This document shows positions 1-9,700 of a DNA stretch of 64,000 nucleotides, piece by piece; positions within the stretch are counted from its first letter, which is position 1; each line of letters opens with the position of its first letter. The translations under genes and the position numbers were made by a program. The stretch covers positions 160,001 through 224,000 of the forward strand of contig JANNXA010000010.1 of the NCBI GenBank assembly GCA_031409275.1. Reading direction: 5' to 3'. Below the pieces are notes generated by a model, which was given only the letters and a program-made list of their open reading frames with translations, was not told the origin of the DNA and searched no databases. The stretch is from Planctomycetota bacterium (GTDB lineage Bacteria; Planctomycetota; B15-G4; SIAN01).

Positions 1-1
1 G

Positions 2-1285
2 CTCGACGCCGACGGTCGCTTCAGGATCGACCTCACGAACGAGTACGACGAGGCGACGGTCAACGCCGAGCTGCGCCTCGTCGCCGGCGACGATCCGAAG
101 GGGCAGGCGCCACGGCCGCGGCGCGCACCGCTCGACGCGAACGTGAAGCTGCAATGCGCCCCTCGCGGGACCGATGACCTCGGCGACGTCAGCTTCCGCG
201 AACAGCGCCTGATCGTCGCCGGTCACGTCGTCGACGGTCAGGGCGCACCGGTCGCGGCGGCGTTCGTCGCGGTGCATGGCGCGACCCCGGCGGGCGGGGA
301 CGCATCGAGTTTCAGTGACGCTGAAGGCGCCTTCGCCATCTACGGACGCTTCCCGGCCGGGCCGTGCAGCGTCTCCGCGTCACGGCGGGGACTGATCGTC
401 GCCAACGTGCGCGACGTTGCGCTCGGGACGGTCGATCTGCGCCTCGAACTCGTGGCGGGAGGGGCCTGCGAAGGTTCGCTGCGAGCCGATGGGCCGCTGG
501 CGCCGAACTGGTTCCTCGCCGCCCTGGTTCCTGCCGGCAGTCACGAGCGCGTGAAAGCCGTCGTGCCGACGAAGGAAGGGCGGTTGCGCTTCCCGCTGCT
601 CCCCGCAGTGCCGCACGATTTCGTGCTGAGCTTCGCCAGCGATCCCGAGCGCCGCGAGCTGTTGCGGTGGACGGGCATCGAAGTCCGCCCGCACGAACTC
701 ACCTGCGATCCGCGGCTGATCGACCTCGATCCGGCCAACTGGATCGCGACGAGCGAGCTTCACGTCCACCTGCCCGACGGCGCCCCCGCACCGGAAGGCC
801 AGCTCCTCGTCGACCCGGACACGCGCAAGCCGAAGGGGCAGCTCGCGCTGGTGGACGGCATCGCCGTCGCGCCCTTCTTCGGAGATCAGGTCCGCTTCAC
901 GCTGCTCGTTCCTGGCTGGCGCAGCATCAGCGGCCAGCAACGCGCCGGCCGCCAGGACCTCACGCTCGAACCGCCGCTGCAGGCGACCGTCGTGGTCGGG
1001 GGAATCGCCCCGCGCGACGACGGCCTCGTCGTCACCGGACTCGAAGCGCGCCCGCAGTCGACCGCGCTGCGCCGGCTCGGGGCCATTGCGCGCGGCGCGT
1101 TGAACGAGGGTGTCGCCGAGCTCGCCCTGCCGGCCTACGGCAAGTACGAACTCCTGCTGCAGCTGATGCGGCGCGCTCCCGATGGCACCTGGCAGCCCGA
1201 CCCGAAGGGAACGCGCGAGGTGCGTGCGGGCAGCATCGACTTCAAGCAAAACGGCCCACAACGGTTCGAGGTGAAGGTGAAGTAG
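2..1285 (+). CDS. C-terminal part of a large protein with carboxypeptidase regulatory-like (CarboxypepD_reg) beta-sandwich repeats; 5' truncated by window edge
   Basis: Frame is open from position 2 to TAG at 1283-1285; contains the pattern 'IVAGHVVDGQGAPVAAAFV...SDAEGAFAI' typical of this repeat. Confidence 0.65.
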   Translation, partial: LDADGRFRIDLTNEYDEATVNAELRLVAGDDPKGQAPRPRRAPLDANVKLQCAPRGTDDLGDVSFREQRLIVAGHVVDGQGAPVAAAFVAVHGATPAGGDASSFSDAEGAFAIYGRFPAGPCSVSASRRGLIVANVRDVALGTVDLRLELVAGGACEGSLRADGPLAPNWFLAALVPAGSHERVKAVVPTKEGRLRFPLLPAVPHDFVLSFASDPERRELLRWTGIEVRPHELTCDPRLIDLDPANWIATSELHVHLPDGAPAPEGQLLVDPDTRKPKGQLALVDGIAVAPFFGDQVRFTLLVPGWRSISGQQRAGRQDLTLEPPLQATVVVGGIAPRDDGLVVTGLEARPQSTALRRLGAIARGALNEGVAELALPAYGKYELLLQLMRRAPDGTWQPDPKGTREVRAGSIDFKQNGPQRFEVKVK

Positions 1286-1320
1286 CGGCGAAACGCCGAC
1301 ACTGCAGCGCTCCCACGGTC

Positions 1321-3315
1321 TCAGCGCCCGTAGCCGAGCGCCTCGAGTTGCGCCGCGCGATCGCGACTCAGCTCGTCACGCGGCAGCGAAGCGGCCGGCC
1401 GGCGATGCGTGTGACGCGCCGACTCGGCGGCATGACGGCGACGCATCTCCTGGAACAGCTCCGGCCGCAGCAACACCAGGTTGTGGGTCTCCTGCGGATC
1501 GACCGCGAGGTCGTAGAGCTCCCACCGCTGCGTCGCACCGGGCGCGCCGTGAGCTGCCTCCCAGAGATGGACGAGCTGCCGTCGCGACAGCAACACCGAG
1601 GCGTGGCGCGCATCCTCCTGCGGCGCGAGGAGGGTCGGGTGGTGGAGCAGCTTGAAACGACGGGTGCGCACGCCGGTGATGAAAGCGGACGGATCCTTGC
1701 CGGCCTCGATCCATGCCACCGGCTCATCCGCCGGAAGCGCGTCGGAGGGAGCTCCCGCGTCGACCGCGGCGGTGCGACCGAGATCGCCTGCCAGCAGCTC
1801 TCCGGCCATCGAGCGGCCATCGAGTCCGTCCGGCACCTCGACGCCGAGCAGATCGAGCAACGTCGGCATCAGATCGACCCCCTGAACCAGCTCGGGGAAG
1901 GCGACCCCGGCGCGCAGCAGCGATGGCGCCCGCAAGAGCAGAGGCACGCGGACGTTGTTGTCGTAGGCGAAGAGCCCATGGTTGAAGAAGACGTTGCGCT
2001 CGGTCATCGACTCGCCGTGGTCGCCCATCACGACCACGAGCGTGTCGTCGCGACGGCCGGCCGCATCGAGCGCTTGCAACAGCACGCCGACCTGCTCGTC
2101 GACGGCGGCGATCGCCGCGTCGTAGCGCGCGACATAGAGATCGAGGTCGGTCGACCCCTCGTCGATCGCGGTGGAGCGCTTGATCTCGCCGAGGTACCAG
2201 TCGCCGATCGCGACGCGGCGATGGCGCTCGCGCCCCCACCACGCGTCGCCGACGTAGCGGTCGCGCCCTTCCGATGGCGGCTCGTAGGGATGGTGCGGGT
2301 CGAGGTAGTGGACATAGGTGAACGTGCGTTGATCCGGCCATGCGGCCAACGCTGCGCAGACGCGCGCGTTGACGGCGGCGGCGCTGGCGCGCTCCTGCCA
2401 CGAGTGGCCGACGAACTCGAAGGAGTGAAACCCCTGATCGAACTGGAACGGGCTGGCGAGCGTCGGGTTGGCGACGAAGGCCGTGGTGAAGAAACCCGAT
2501 CCAGCGAGCTGCTCGGCCAGCGTCAAGCAATCGACCGGCAACGGCGAGCCCTCGGCGACGATGCCATGGCGACTCGGCCAGGTGCCGGTGAAGAGCGAGG
2601 CGACGCTCGGCGCCGTCGATGGCCGCGCGGTGACGGCCTGCAGGCACTGCACGCCGCTCGCCGCGAACGCGTCGAGCTGCGGTGACGTGTGCCGGCCGTA
2701 GCCGTAGCAGGAGAGGTGGTCGGCCCGGAGCGTGTCGATCACCACCAGCAGCAGGTGGCGCGGAGGAACGAAGCCGGGAGGGGGCGGCCGCGACGGTCGC
2801 ACCGCCGCCACCTCGTTCGCCACCTCGTTCGCCGCCACGACCGCCGTCTCCCGTTTCGCTTCGAGCTGCCACGTCGCCAGCGCGATCAGCGCCGCCAGCA
2901 GTGCGAGCCGCGGTCGCGATGCGAACCGAGCGCGCGCGGCCAGTGCTCCCAACAGCGCGCCACCGATCGCCAGCAACCCCACCGCGGCCACCAGCGGCAG
3001 CGGCGCGAGCGAACGCGCGGCGATGCGCGATGCGAGCGCCGCCGCAACGAGAGCGCCGATGGCGGGAGCGCGCATCGCGACCCGACGTCGCCACGGCATC
3101 GACGACAGCAGCAAGGCTCCGGCACACGCACCGATCAGCGAGTGCAGCAGCAACGCGAAGAGGAGCAGTGCGAGGGCCGGGCCGACGCCCCGCACCACTC
3201 CTCCGCGCGCCAACACCAGCACCGCGCCCAGCACCCCTCCGAACAGCGCGCCACCTGCGGCGCCCGCGAGCGCCCCTTCGATCGCTCGCGCAGCGGCCGT
3301 CTCGCGCCGTTTCAC
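1321..3315 (-). CDS. Membrane-anchored sulfatase-like / alkaline phosphatase superfamily enzyme
   Basis: About 5 N-terminal hydrophobic helices; motifs VIDTLRADH, STAPSVASLFTG, HYLDPHHPY, GDHGE, C-terminal LEALGY; GTG start overlaps the upstream TGA (GTGA, 3312-3315). Confidence 0.85.
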   Translation of the reverse strand: MKRRETAAARAIEGALAGAAGGALFGGVLGAVLVLARGGVVRGVGPALALLLFALLLHSLIGACAGALLLSSMPWRRRVAMRAPAIGALVAAALASRIAARSLAPLPLVAAVGLLAIGGALLGALAARARFASRPRLALLAALIALATWQLEAKRETAVVAANEVANEVAAVRPSRPPPPGFVPPRHLLLVVIDTLRADHLSCYGYGRHTSPQLDAFAASGVQCLQAVTARPSTAPSVASLFTGTWPSRHGIVAEGSPLPVDCLTLAEQLAGSGFFTTAFVANPTLASPFQFDQGFHSFEFVGHSWQERASAAAVNARVCAALAAWPDQRTFTYVHYLDPHHPYEPPSEGRDRYVGDAWWGRERHRRVAIGDWYLGEIKRSTAIDEGSTDLDLYVARYDAAIAAVDEQVGVLLQALDAAGRRDDTLVVVMGDHGESMTERNVFFNHGLFAYDNNVRVPLLLRAPSLLRAGVAFPELVQGVDLMPTLLDLLGVEVPDGLDGRSMAGELLAGDLGRTAAVDAGAPSDALPADEPVAWIEAGKDPSAFITGVRTRRFKLLHHPTLLAPQEDARHASVLLSRRQLVHLWEAAHGAPGATQRWELYDLAVDPQETHNLVLLRPELFQEMRRRHAAESARHTHRRPAASLPRDELSRDRAAQLEALGYGR

Positions 3316-4028
3316 CGGAGTTCCTGCCAGGCGAGCAGCGCTCCCACCAGCGCCGCCGCAACGAGACTCGCACGCGGAATCGAACGCGCCACGCCCGGCT
3401 TCCTTGCGCACGCAAGCAGCGTCAAGGCCACCAGGCTCGGCGCACCCCACTTGACGACGTGCGGCAGATCGAGGCGGACGATCAAGACCACGGTGAGCGC
3501 GTAGAAGTACGACGCCACCATGCGCTGCACGTGCAGCCGCATCGGCGTTGCCGACGTCGCGCCGCCGCGCAACGTGGCGCGTGCCTCACTCACCGCGATC
3601 AGCGCGAAGAGCAGCCCGAGCCACCCGACGACCGGGTCCTTCTTCACCAGCGCGACCAGCACTCCCGCCAGCAGGAACTGCAGCAGCAACGCGATGGCGT
3701 CGCCGATCCCGGAGGTGAGCCGTCCGTCCACGACCCGACGCCGCACCGCGCGCCAGCCGAGGAATCCCTGCGCCGCGCCCAAGAGGTTGAAGGCGAAATC
3801 GCGTTTGAAGCGCCACGAGAAGAGCTCGTCGTGCGCGAAGGTGAACCACGATCCCGACAGCCACAGGAGCCCCATGCCAACCACGTAGGCGATTCCGGCT
3901 CGACGATGCAGCGTCCCGCCCTTGCGCGTCAGCAGGGCGAGCGGGCCGAGCACGAAGATGGTCGGCCATCCAAGGCAGCGATGGACCAGACGCAGCCCAT
4001 CTGCGAAGAGGGCCGGATCGTCGCTCAC
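3312..4028 (-). CDS. Integral membrane protein (DUF2306-like)
   Basis: 6-7 hydrophobic segments; 'KGGTLHRRAGIAY' and 'HVQRM' motifs resemble this family; GTGA overlap at 4025-4028. Confidence 0.65.
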   Translation of the reverse strand: MSDDPALFADGLRLVHRCLGWPTIFVLGPLALLTRKGGTLHRRAGIAYVVGMGLLWLSGSWFTFAHDELFSWRFKRDFAFNLLGAAQGFLGWRAVRRRVVDGRLTSGIGDAIALLLQFLLAGVLVALVKKDPVVGWLGLLFALIAVSEARATLRGGATSATPMRLHVQRMVASYFYALTVVLIVRLDLPHVVKWGAPSLVALTLLACARKPGVARSIPRASLVAAALVGALLAWQELR

Positions 4029-5005
4029 GCGGCGCTCCAGGGACGATGCCACGCCTGCAGCAGCGGCCGCAGCCAACGCGGCGGTCCGGCGGCGCGCCGC
4101 TCCTCCCGCCAGCGCGGCCGGTGGAGCGCGCCATCGAAGAGGTCGCCGTAAGGCAACCGCCACTGAAGCAGCGTCGCGTGGTAGCGCACCACGTCGGCGG
4201 CGCGCGCGCGAAGTTCGTCGCCGTCGAACCCGCGCGGCCGCGCCCGCCCGGTCACCACCGCTGCGGCCGCCGAAACCAGAAGTGATGCGCAAGGCAGTTC
4301 GAGATGGCGCCGCAGCGCCTCGGCGATCCGAGCGCGTGCCTGCTCGAATCGCCGCCATCCCTGCGCCGCGACGGCGTGGGCGGTCGCCAGATCGGTCGTC
4401 GCGAGCAGTTCGGTGCGCAACTCGGCGATCGCCGCACGGTGCTCGTCCGCGCCCGCCTCGACGCCATCGAGATCGGCGAGCGCGCGCAGCGACCGCCCCT
4501 GCGACCACGCTGCTGCGAACAGGCTCGTCATCGCCAGCGGCCGCAGATTCGCGACGCGCGCCGCGAGCCGCTCGTGGCGCACCTGCGCCTCGAGCAGGCG
4601 CGCCAGCTGCGCGACGCGACTCGTGCGCGGCGTCGGCAGGTCGAGGAGCGGAGCGCCTGCGCCGCCGCGCCACCGCTCGCGCGAAGGCACCAGCGTCGTC
4701 CAGGCCAGCACGTCGAGAGTCGGCGGTGGCAGCATGTTCGGCTCGTGGCGAAACAGCGGCGCGAAGCGCCCTGGCAACCGGGTGCGCGCCGAGAAGTAGG
4801 CCGAGTTGTCGAGCGCGATGGCAGCGGGCACGACCAGCAGGTCGAGGTCCGAAAGGCCGGGCGCCCCGACCTCGCCGACCTGCCAGACCGCACGGGCGCG
4901 CGGAGCCACCGCCGCGGCGTAGCGCTGCGCCGCATCGTCGTAGAGCGCGCGCGGCAAGGTCCGTGGTGGCGCGACGAACGATGGGGCCATCGCGTCGCCA
5001 CTCAT
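4025..5005 (-). CDS. Hypothetical protein with Pol-beta-type nucleotidyltransferase-like motif
   Basis: 'VWQVGEVGAPGLSDLDLLVV' resembles hG[GS]...DxD; ATGA overlap with the GT4 stop at 5002-5005. Confidence 0.55.
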   Translation of the reverse strand: MSGDAMAPSFVAPPRTLPRALYDDAAQRYAAAVAPRARAVWQVGEVGAPGLSDLDLLVVPAAIALDNSAYFSARTRLPGRFAPLFRHEPNMLPPPTLDVLAWTTLVPSRERWRGGAGAPLLDLPTPRTSRVAQLARLLEAQVRHERLAARVANLRPLAMTSLFAAAWSQGRSLRALADLDGVEAGADEHRAAIAELRTELLATTDLATAHAVAAQGWRRFEQARARIAEALRRHLELPCASLLVSAAAAVVTGRARPRGFDGDELRARAADVVRYHATLLQWRLPYGDLFDGALHRPRWREERRAAGPPRWLRPLLQAWHRPWSAA

Positions 5006-6150
5006 GCCGATGCCGCGCGCGCCGCGGCCGACTCCCACAAGTCGTGGTAGCGGCCGACGACCTGCGACGCCGAGAAGCGCTCCTCCACGCGAGCGCGGCC
5101 CACCTGCCCCATGGCGCGCGCCTGCTCGGGAGCGGCGAGCCGCTCGACGAGCAGATCGAGCAGTCGCGCCGAATCGCCGATCGGCACGAGGTGTCCCGTG
5201 ACGCCCTCCTCTACTACGTCCGCGATCCCGCCCGCGGCATAGCTCACCACCGGCAACGACGCGGCCATCGCTTCGAGCAGCACGCGACCGAGTCCTTCGA
5301 CCCGCGGTGCGTGCACCATGGCGTCGGCCGCCGCCAGCACCGTGAAGATCTCGTCATGCCAGCCGACGAGGCGCAAGGCGTGCGCGCAGCGAAGCGCCTC
5401 GGCGCGCGCGATGAGCCGCGCCGCAACGCCATCGTGGTCGCGGCCGACCAGGACGAGGACCAGTTCGGGCAGCTGTCGCAGCGCACGCGGAAGCTCTTCG
5501 AGCAGCTGATCCTGGCCCTTGGCGCCGAGCCGCGTCACGACCGACACGGCGACCCGCTGCGACGGCTCGAGCGCGAGCCGGCGCCGCAGTTCGTCGCGAC
5601 GCGCGCGCAGCTCGCTCGCCTGCGCGAGCCGCTGCGGCGTCACGAAGTGGCCGATCACCTCGACCTGCTGACCGGGCGCGTGGTCGTGGACGTGCCGCCG
5701 CAGCGCCTGCGAAAGCGCGACCACGCCGTCGAGCTGCGCGATCGAGCGGCGGCATCGCCAGCGCATCCAGCCATCGCCACCGAAGCGACCGAAACCACGC
5801 ACCGTCGAGAGGCGCGCGACGCCGCGGCGCGCGGCGAGCGTGATCGGCTGCCGACAGGAGGTGAGCGTATTCTGGTTGAAGTGCACCACACCGCGCGCGG
5901 TCGCGAGTCCCGACGCGATGCGGCGCCGCCCGCGCCAGTCGAACGTCCCCTCGATCTGCGCGCGATCGAGGCAGCGAGCGCCCGCCTGCTGCGCACGCCG
6001 GACGACGCCGTCGTACTCGCTCCAGCTTGGCGCGATGAAGCTGGCGGCAACGCGGCGGCGATCGAGCCGTTCGATCAGTTCGACCCAGGAGTACTCGGCG
6101 CCGCCGACATGGTGAGAGTCGAGGAGGAAGAGCAGCGGCAGAGCGTGCAT
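5002..6150 (-). CDS. Glycosyltransferase family 4 (GT-B)
   Basis: N-terminal GGAE; 'EGLGRVLLEAMAASLPVV' E-x7-E motif; TGATG overlap at 6148-6152. Confidence 0.92.
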   Translation of the reverse strand: MHALPLLFLLDSHHVGGAEYSWVELIERLDRRRVAASFIAPSWSEYDGVVRRAQQAGARCLDRAQIEGTFDWRGRRRIASGLATARGVVHFNQNTLTSCRQPITLAARRGVARLSTVRGFGRFGGDGWMRWRCRRSIAQLDGVVALSQALRRHVHDHAPGQQVEVIGHFVTPQRLAQASELRARRDELRRRLALEPSQRVAVSVVTRLGAKGQDQLLEELPRALRQLPELVLVLVGRDHDGVAARLIARAEALRCAHALRLVGWHDEIFTVLAAADAMVHAPRVEGLGRVLLEAMAASLPVVSYAAGGIADVVEEGVTGHLVPIGDSARLLDLLVERLAAPEQARAMGQVGRARVEERFSASQVVGRYHDLWESAAARAASA

Positions 6151-6755
6151 CACCGGACGCCGATCGATTCCGCGGCGACTTCGTGCGCCTGCCGCGAGCG
6201 CCGCCAGCGCCGCCGGCCGGCGATCCAAGCGCAGAGCGCAAGCGCGACGGCGAACGCCGCGACGCGCGGGTGGCCGATCGCCAGCAGGAGCGGCGCCAAC
6301 AAGCCGCGAGCGACCGCGCGCGCCCACGGCCGATCAGCGATCCACGCGGCGAGCGGCGGCGAGGTCCGCTCGTACCACGCCACGAACGCGCGTCCCGCTC
6401 GATGGGGGCGCAAGTGGGCGTCGCGGAACTCCCGTAGCGCCGCCACCTCCGGTTCGAGCGGAGAACCGAACGCCGCTGTCGCGACGAAGCAACGCGAGCC
6501 ACCGCCGCCACCACCGCCACCGCTGCTCGGTGGCCGCGGCGTCACGCTCTTGGTGCCGATGCGACCAGCGGCGTCGTAGTCGTAGGAGATCGTGGTCGCG
6601 CCGTCGTAGGTCAGGCGGGTCAGACGATCGTCGCTGTCGTAGCGATAGGTCTGCACCTGGCGCTGCGGCACGACTTGCGGTGCCGCCAGCAACGTGGCGG
6701 AACAGGTGAACTGAAGCACGAAGGCGGTGAGCTGCATGGTGAATCTCCGGGTCAT
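6150..6755 (-). CDS. Small secreted protein: signal peptide + single YD-repeat unit + Gly linker + CFI-box-CTERM domain
   Basis: 'TYRYDSDDRLTRLTYDGATTISYDYDAAGRI', then 'GGGGGGGSRCFVATAAFGS...LREFRD...GRAFVAWYERTSPPLA', then a hydrophobic segment and a basic RRRWRR tail; ATGA overlap with the RHS stop. Confidence 0.85.
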   Translation of the reverse strand: MTRRFTMQLTAFVLQFTCSATLLAAPQVVPQRQVQTYRYDSDDRLTRLTYDGATTISYDYDAAGRIGTKSVTPRPPSSGGGGGGGGSRCFVATAAFGSPLEPEVAALREFRDAHLRPHRAGRAFVAWYERTSPPLAAWIADRPWARAVARGLLAPLLLAIGHPRVAAFAVALALCAWIAGRRRWRRSRQAHEVAAESIGVR

Positions 6756-9700
6756 TCGTCGCTGCCGAGATGGGCGAACGCCTCGAGGAAGTCGCTGGCG
6801 ACGTCGTCGGCGCGCGCGCGACGCGCCGCGTCCGACACGGCGCCCGGCACCTCGGCGAAACCGACGAACATCTCGACCGCGAGCAGCTTCTCGATCGCAA
6901 GGCGTGCATTGACGCCATCGATCGCAGGGGGCAGCGGCTCGTCCGTCGCGAGACGTGCGACGGAGCGGTCGAGCCAATCGGCGAACGGCCGCCGATCGAA
7001 GCCGAGGAGGCGATCACCGAAGTAGCCCGATGCGCCCGCCAGCAGCGTTGCGGGCGGCGCCGCCGCGCCTCGACCCTGCGCCTCGAGCGGGCCGATCAGC
7101 GTCGACAGATCGAGCGTCTGGCCGCTGTGACAGAGGATGCAGGTCGTGGCGCCGAGCGCCAGATGCATCACGAGGGCGACGTTCTGCCGATTCGCGGCGC
7201 TCGTCAGCACTCCGTCGAGATCGAACCGGCGAGCGAGCGAGCGACCGTCGAAACGCGAGTCGCCGCCGAGCCAGCGGTTGTCGAGTCCGCCGCCGATCGC
7301 CGTCGCGAAGGTGTCGAGGGCGACTGACACCGACTCATCTGCGCGGCCGAGTCGGCCACCCGGCTGCGGGAAGCGGCCGAGTCCATAGGGCGTCGCACCA
7401 AGCTGCGCGAGCCAGCCGAAGTCGCGGATCGGCTGCAACGTGCTGCAGTGAGCGGTGTCCCAAACGCGGTCGCCGAAGGCGACTCCGACACCGAGCGAAA
7501 GGGCGAAGTCGCGACCGCCGAGCGCGAGATCGGCGTACGGGTAGCTCGTGCTCCCACCGAGCGTGCCGAGCAGTTCGCCCATCGGACCCCACGCGTAGGC
7601 GTCGCTGATCGCGCCCGCCGCGTCGGTCTCGAACAGCGTGTTGCCGTTCTCGTCGAAGTGGTAGTACTCGCGCGCCGAAGTGGACAGGTCGATCGACCAG
7701 AGCAGCTCGCCCGTCGGCGTCGCGACGTAGGCGTGCGATGGCACGCCGCCATCGCTCATGAAGCCGAGGCTCGGCCGCGTCGTCGCGTCGTTCCAGGTGA
7801 ACTCGGTCAGCGGCCCGAGGTTCACGCGACCGCTCAACACCCGCCCGAGCCCGTCCCACGTGAAGTCGTAGCTGTCCGTCCCATCGTTCGCGCCGACCAG
7901 CCGGCCCGCGCCATCCCACGAGTAGCTGCGCGTGCCGTCGCCCGTCCGCCGTCCGAGCGCGTCGTAACTCAACGCCGCGTCCTGTCCCGCGGCGTCGAAG
8001 ACGCTCGTCATGACCCCGACGGCGGGCAAGCCGACCACCGGCTGCAGCCGATCTGCGGTGACGATGCGGCCGGCGTCGTCGCGCGTGAATTGCAGATCCG
8101 CCATCGATCCGGACGAGCCGTCGACGCGGAAGCGCGCCAGCCATCCGTCGTTGTCCCAGTCGTAGCGCTCGAGCACGCCGTTGCCGAAGGTGCGGGAGGC
8201 CAGACGGCCGGCGGTGTCCCAGGCGTAGTCGACGCTGCCGACGCCGCCATCGCCGACATGCGCGAGCCGCCCCGCGAGGTCGTACTGGTAGCTCACGATC
8301 AGGCCGGGCTGCAGCGTGGTGGTGAGCAACCTGCCGGCCAGGTCGCGAGTCGACGCGATGCCGTTGCTGATCTCGACGCGGCCGACGTCGTCGCGCGAAA
8401 TCGCGACATCGGTCGCCGACACGATCCGGCCATCGTCGTCGTGCAGCCACTCGATCGTCGTGCCGTCGCTGAAGTTCGCCTCGGCGAGCTCGCCGCGATC
8501 GCTCCATTGCAGGTCGACGTGCGCGGCGCCCGGCAGGTCGACGCGGCTCGGAAGACCGCGCACGTCGAGCGTCGTCAGCCACTCCCGTCCCACCGGGTCG
8601 ATCGCGCCAACGACGTCGCCACGCTCATCGCGGTTGCGCGCGAAGCGGACGCCGCCACCGCTGCCGACGCCGATGGAGCGCCCGCGCGAGTCGCGGTCGA
8701 TCGTCATCGTCTGGCCACCGTTGAGCGTCGCCGCCTCGATCACCGCGCCGCTCTCGTCGCGAGTGAAGCGGGTGCGCGCCCCCTCGCCGCTCGTCGTCTC
8801 CGCCACGCGCCCGTTGCGGTCGCGCGTGAAACGCTGCTCGCGGCCCTCGGCGCTGGTGATTCGCGTGAGCTGGCCGCGGCGATCGCTGGTGAAGGTCGTG
8901 CGCGCGCCATCGGCCGCATCGAAGCTGGCCAGCACATCCTCGTCGTCGTAGCCGAGCGAGTAGTCGAGGCCGCTGCCATCCGTCGCGCCGAGCAGGCGAC
9001 CGCTCGCGTTCCACGCGAGCTGCAACGAGATCCCGCCGCCATCCGTCACCGAGGACGGTCGACCGAGCACATCGAACTGGATCGTGGCGCTGCCGCCCTC
9101 CGGATCGAGGACCGCCCAGACGCGATCCATGCTGTCGTAGCTGAAGCTGAACGTGCGCGAACCCGGCAGCTGCACCGTCTGCAGGTTCGAGTTCATGTCC
9201 CACGCCAGCAGCGTCGTCTCGCCGATCTCGTCAGTGATCGACGTGAGGCGATCGAGGTGGTCCCAGACCGCGTGACGCATCGCGCCGCCCGACAACATCA
9301 CGTCGGTCAAGCGACCGAGCGCGTCGTAGTCAAAGCCGGTCGTCTGCCCCGCCGCATCGACCACGTGGTCGAGCAGCAGATCGGAGCGCCACCCTGCCAG
9401 GCGCACGCCGCCATCGGGCGCGGTCGCCGTCAGCACCTCGCCGCGCGCGCCGTACGTGCGGCTCCACACGCCGCCGCCGAAGTCGGTTCGCGTCAGGACG
9501 TTGCCGGCGGGGTCCCAGGTGAACTGCTCGAACTCGCCACCCGGGGCCGTGATGCGCGTCACGTCATGGAACGTGAAGCCGGACGCGACGCGCGCGCTCC
9601 ACTGCCAGCGCGTCACCGACCCATCGGGTGCCGTGACGCTCGCCGGAAAGCCCGACGCCGAGTCGAACGCAACGGTCGAGCGATCGCCGCGACGATCGAC

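Noticed and set aside
2808..2833. 12-bp tandem repeat (NEVA-NEVA)
   Set aside because: Trivial in-frame duplication in a linker
6150..6755. Immunity protein for the RHS
   Set aside because: Its content (YD unit, Gly linker, CFI-box-CTERM, TM tail) fits a surface-anchored protein, and no toxin domain is recognisable in the RHS
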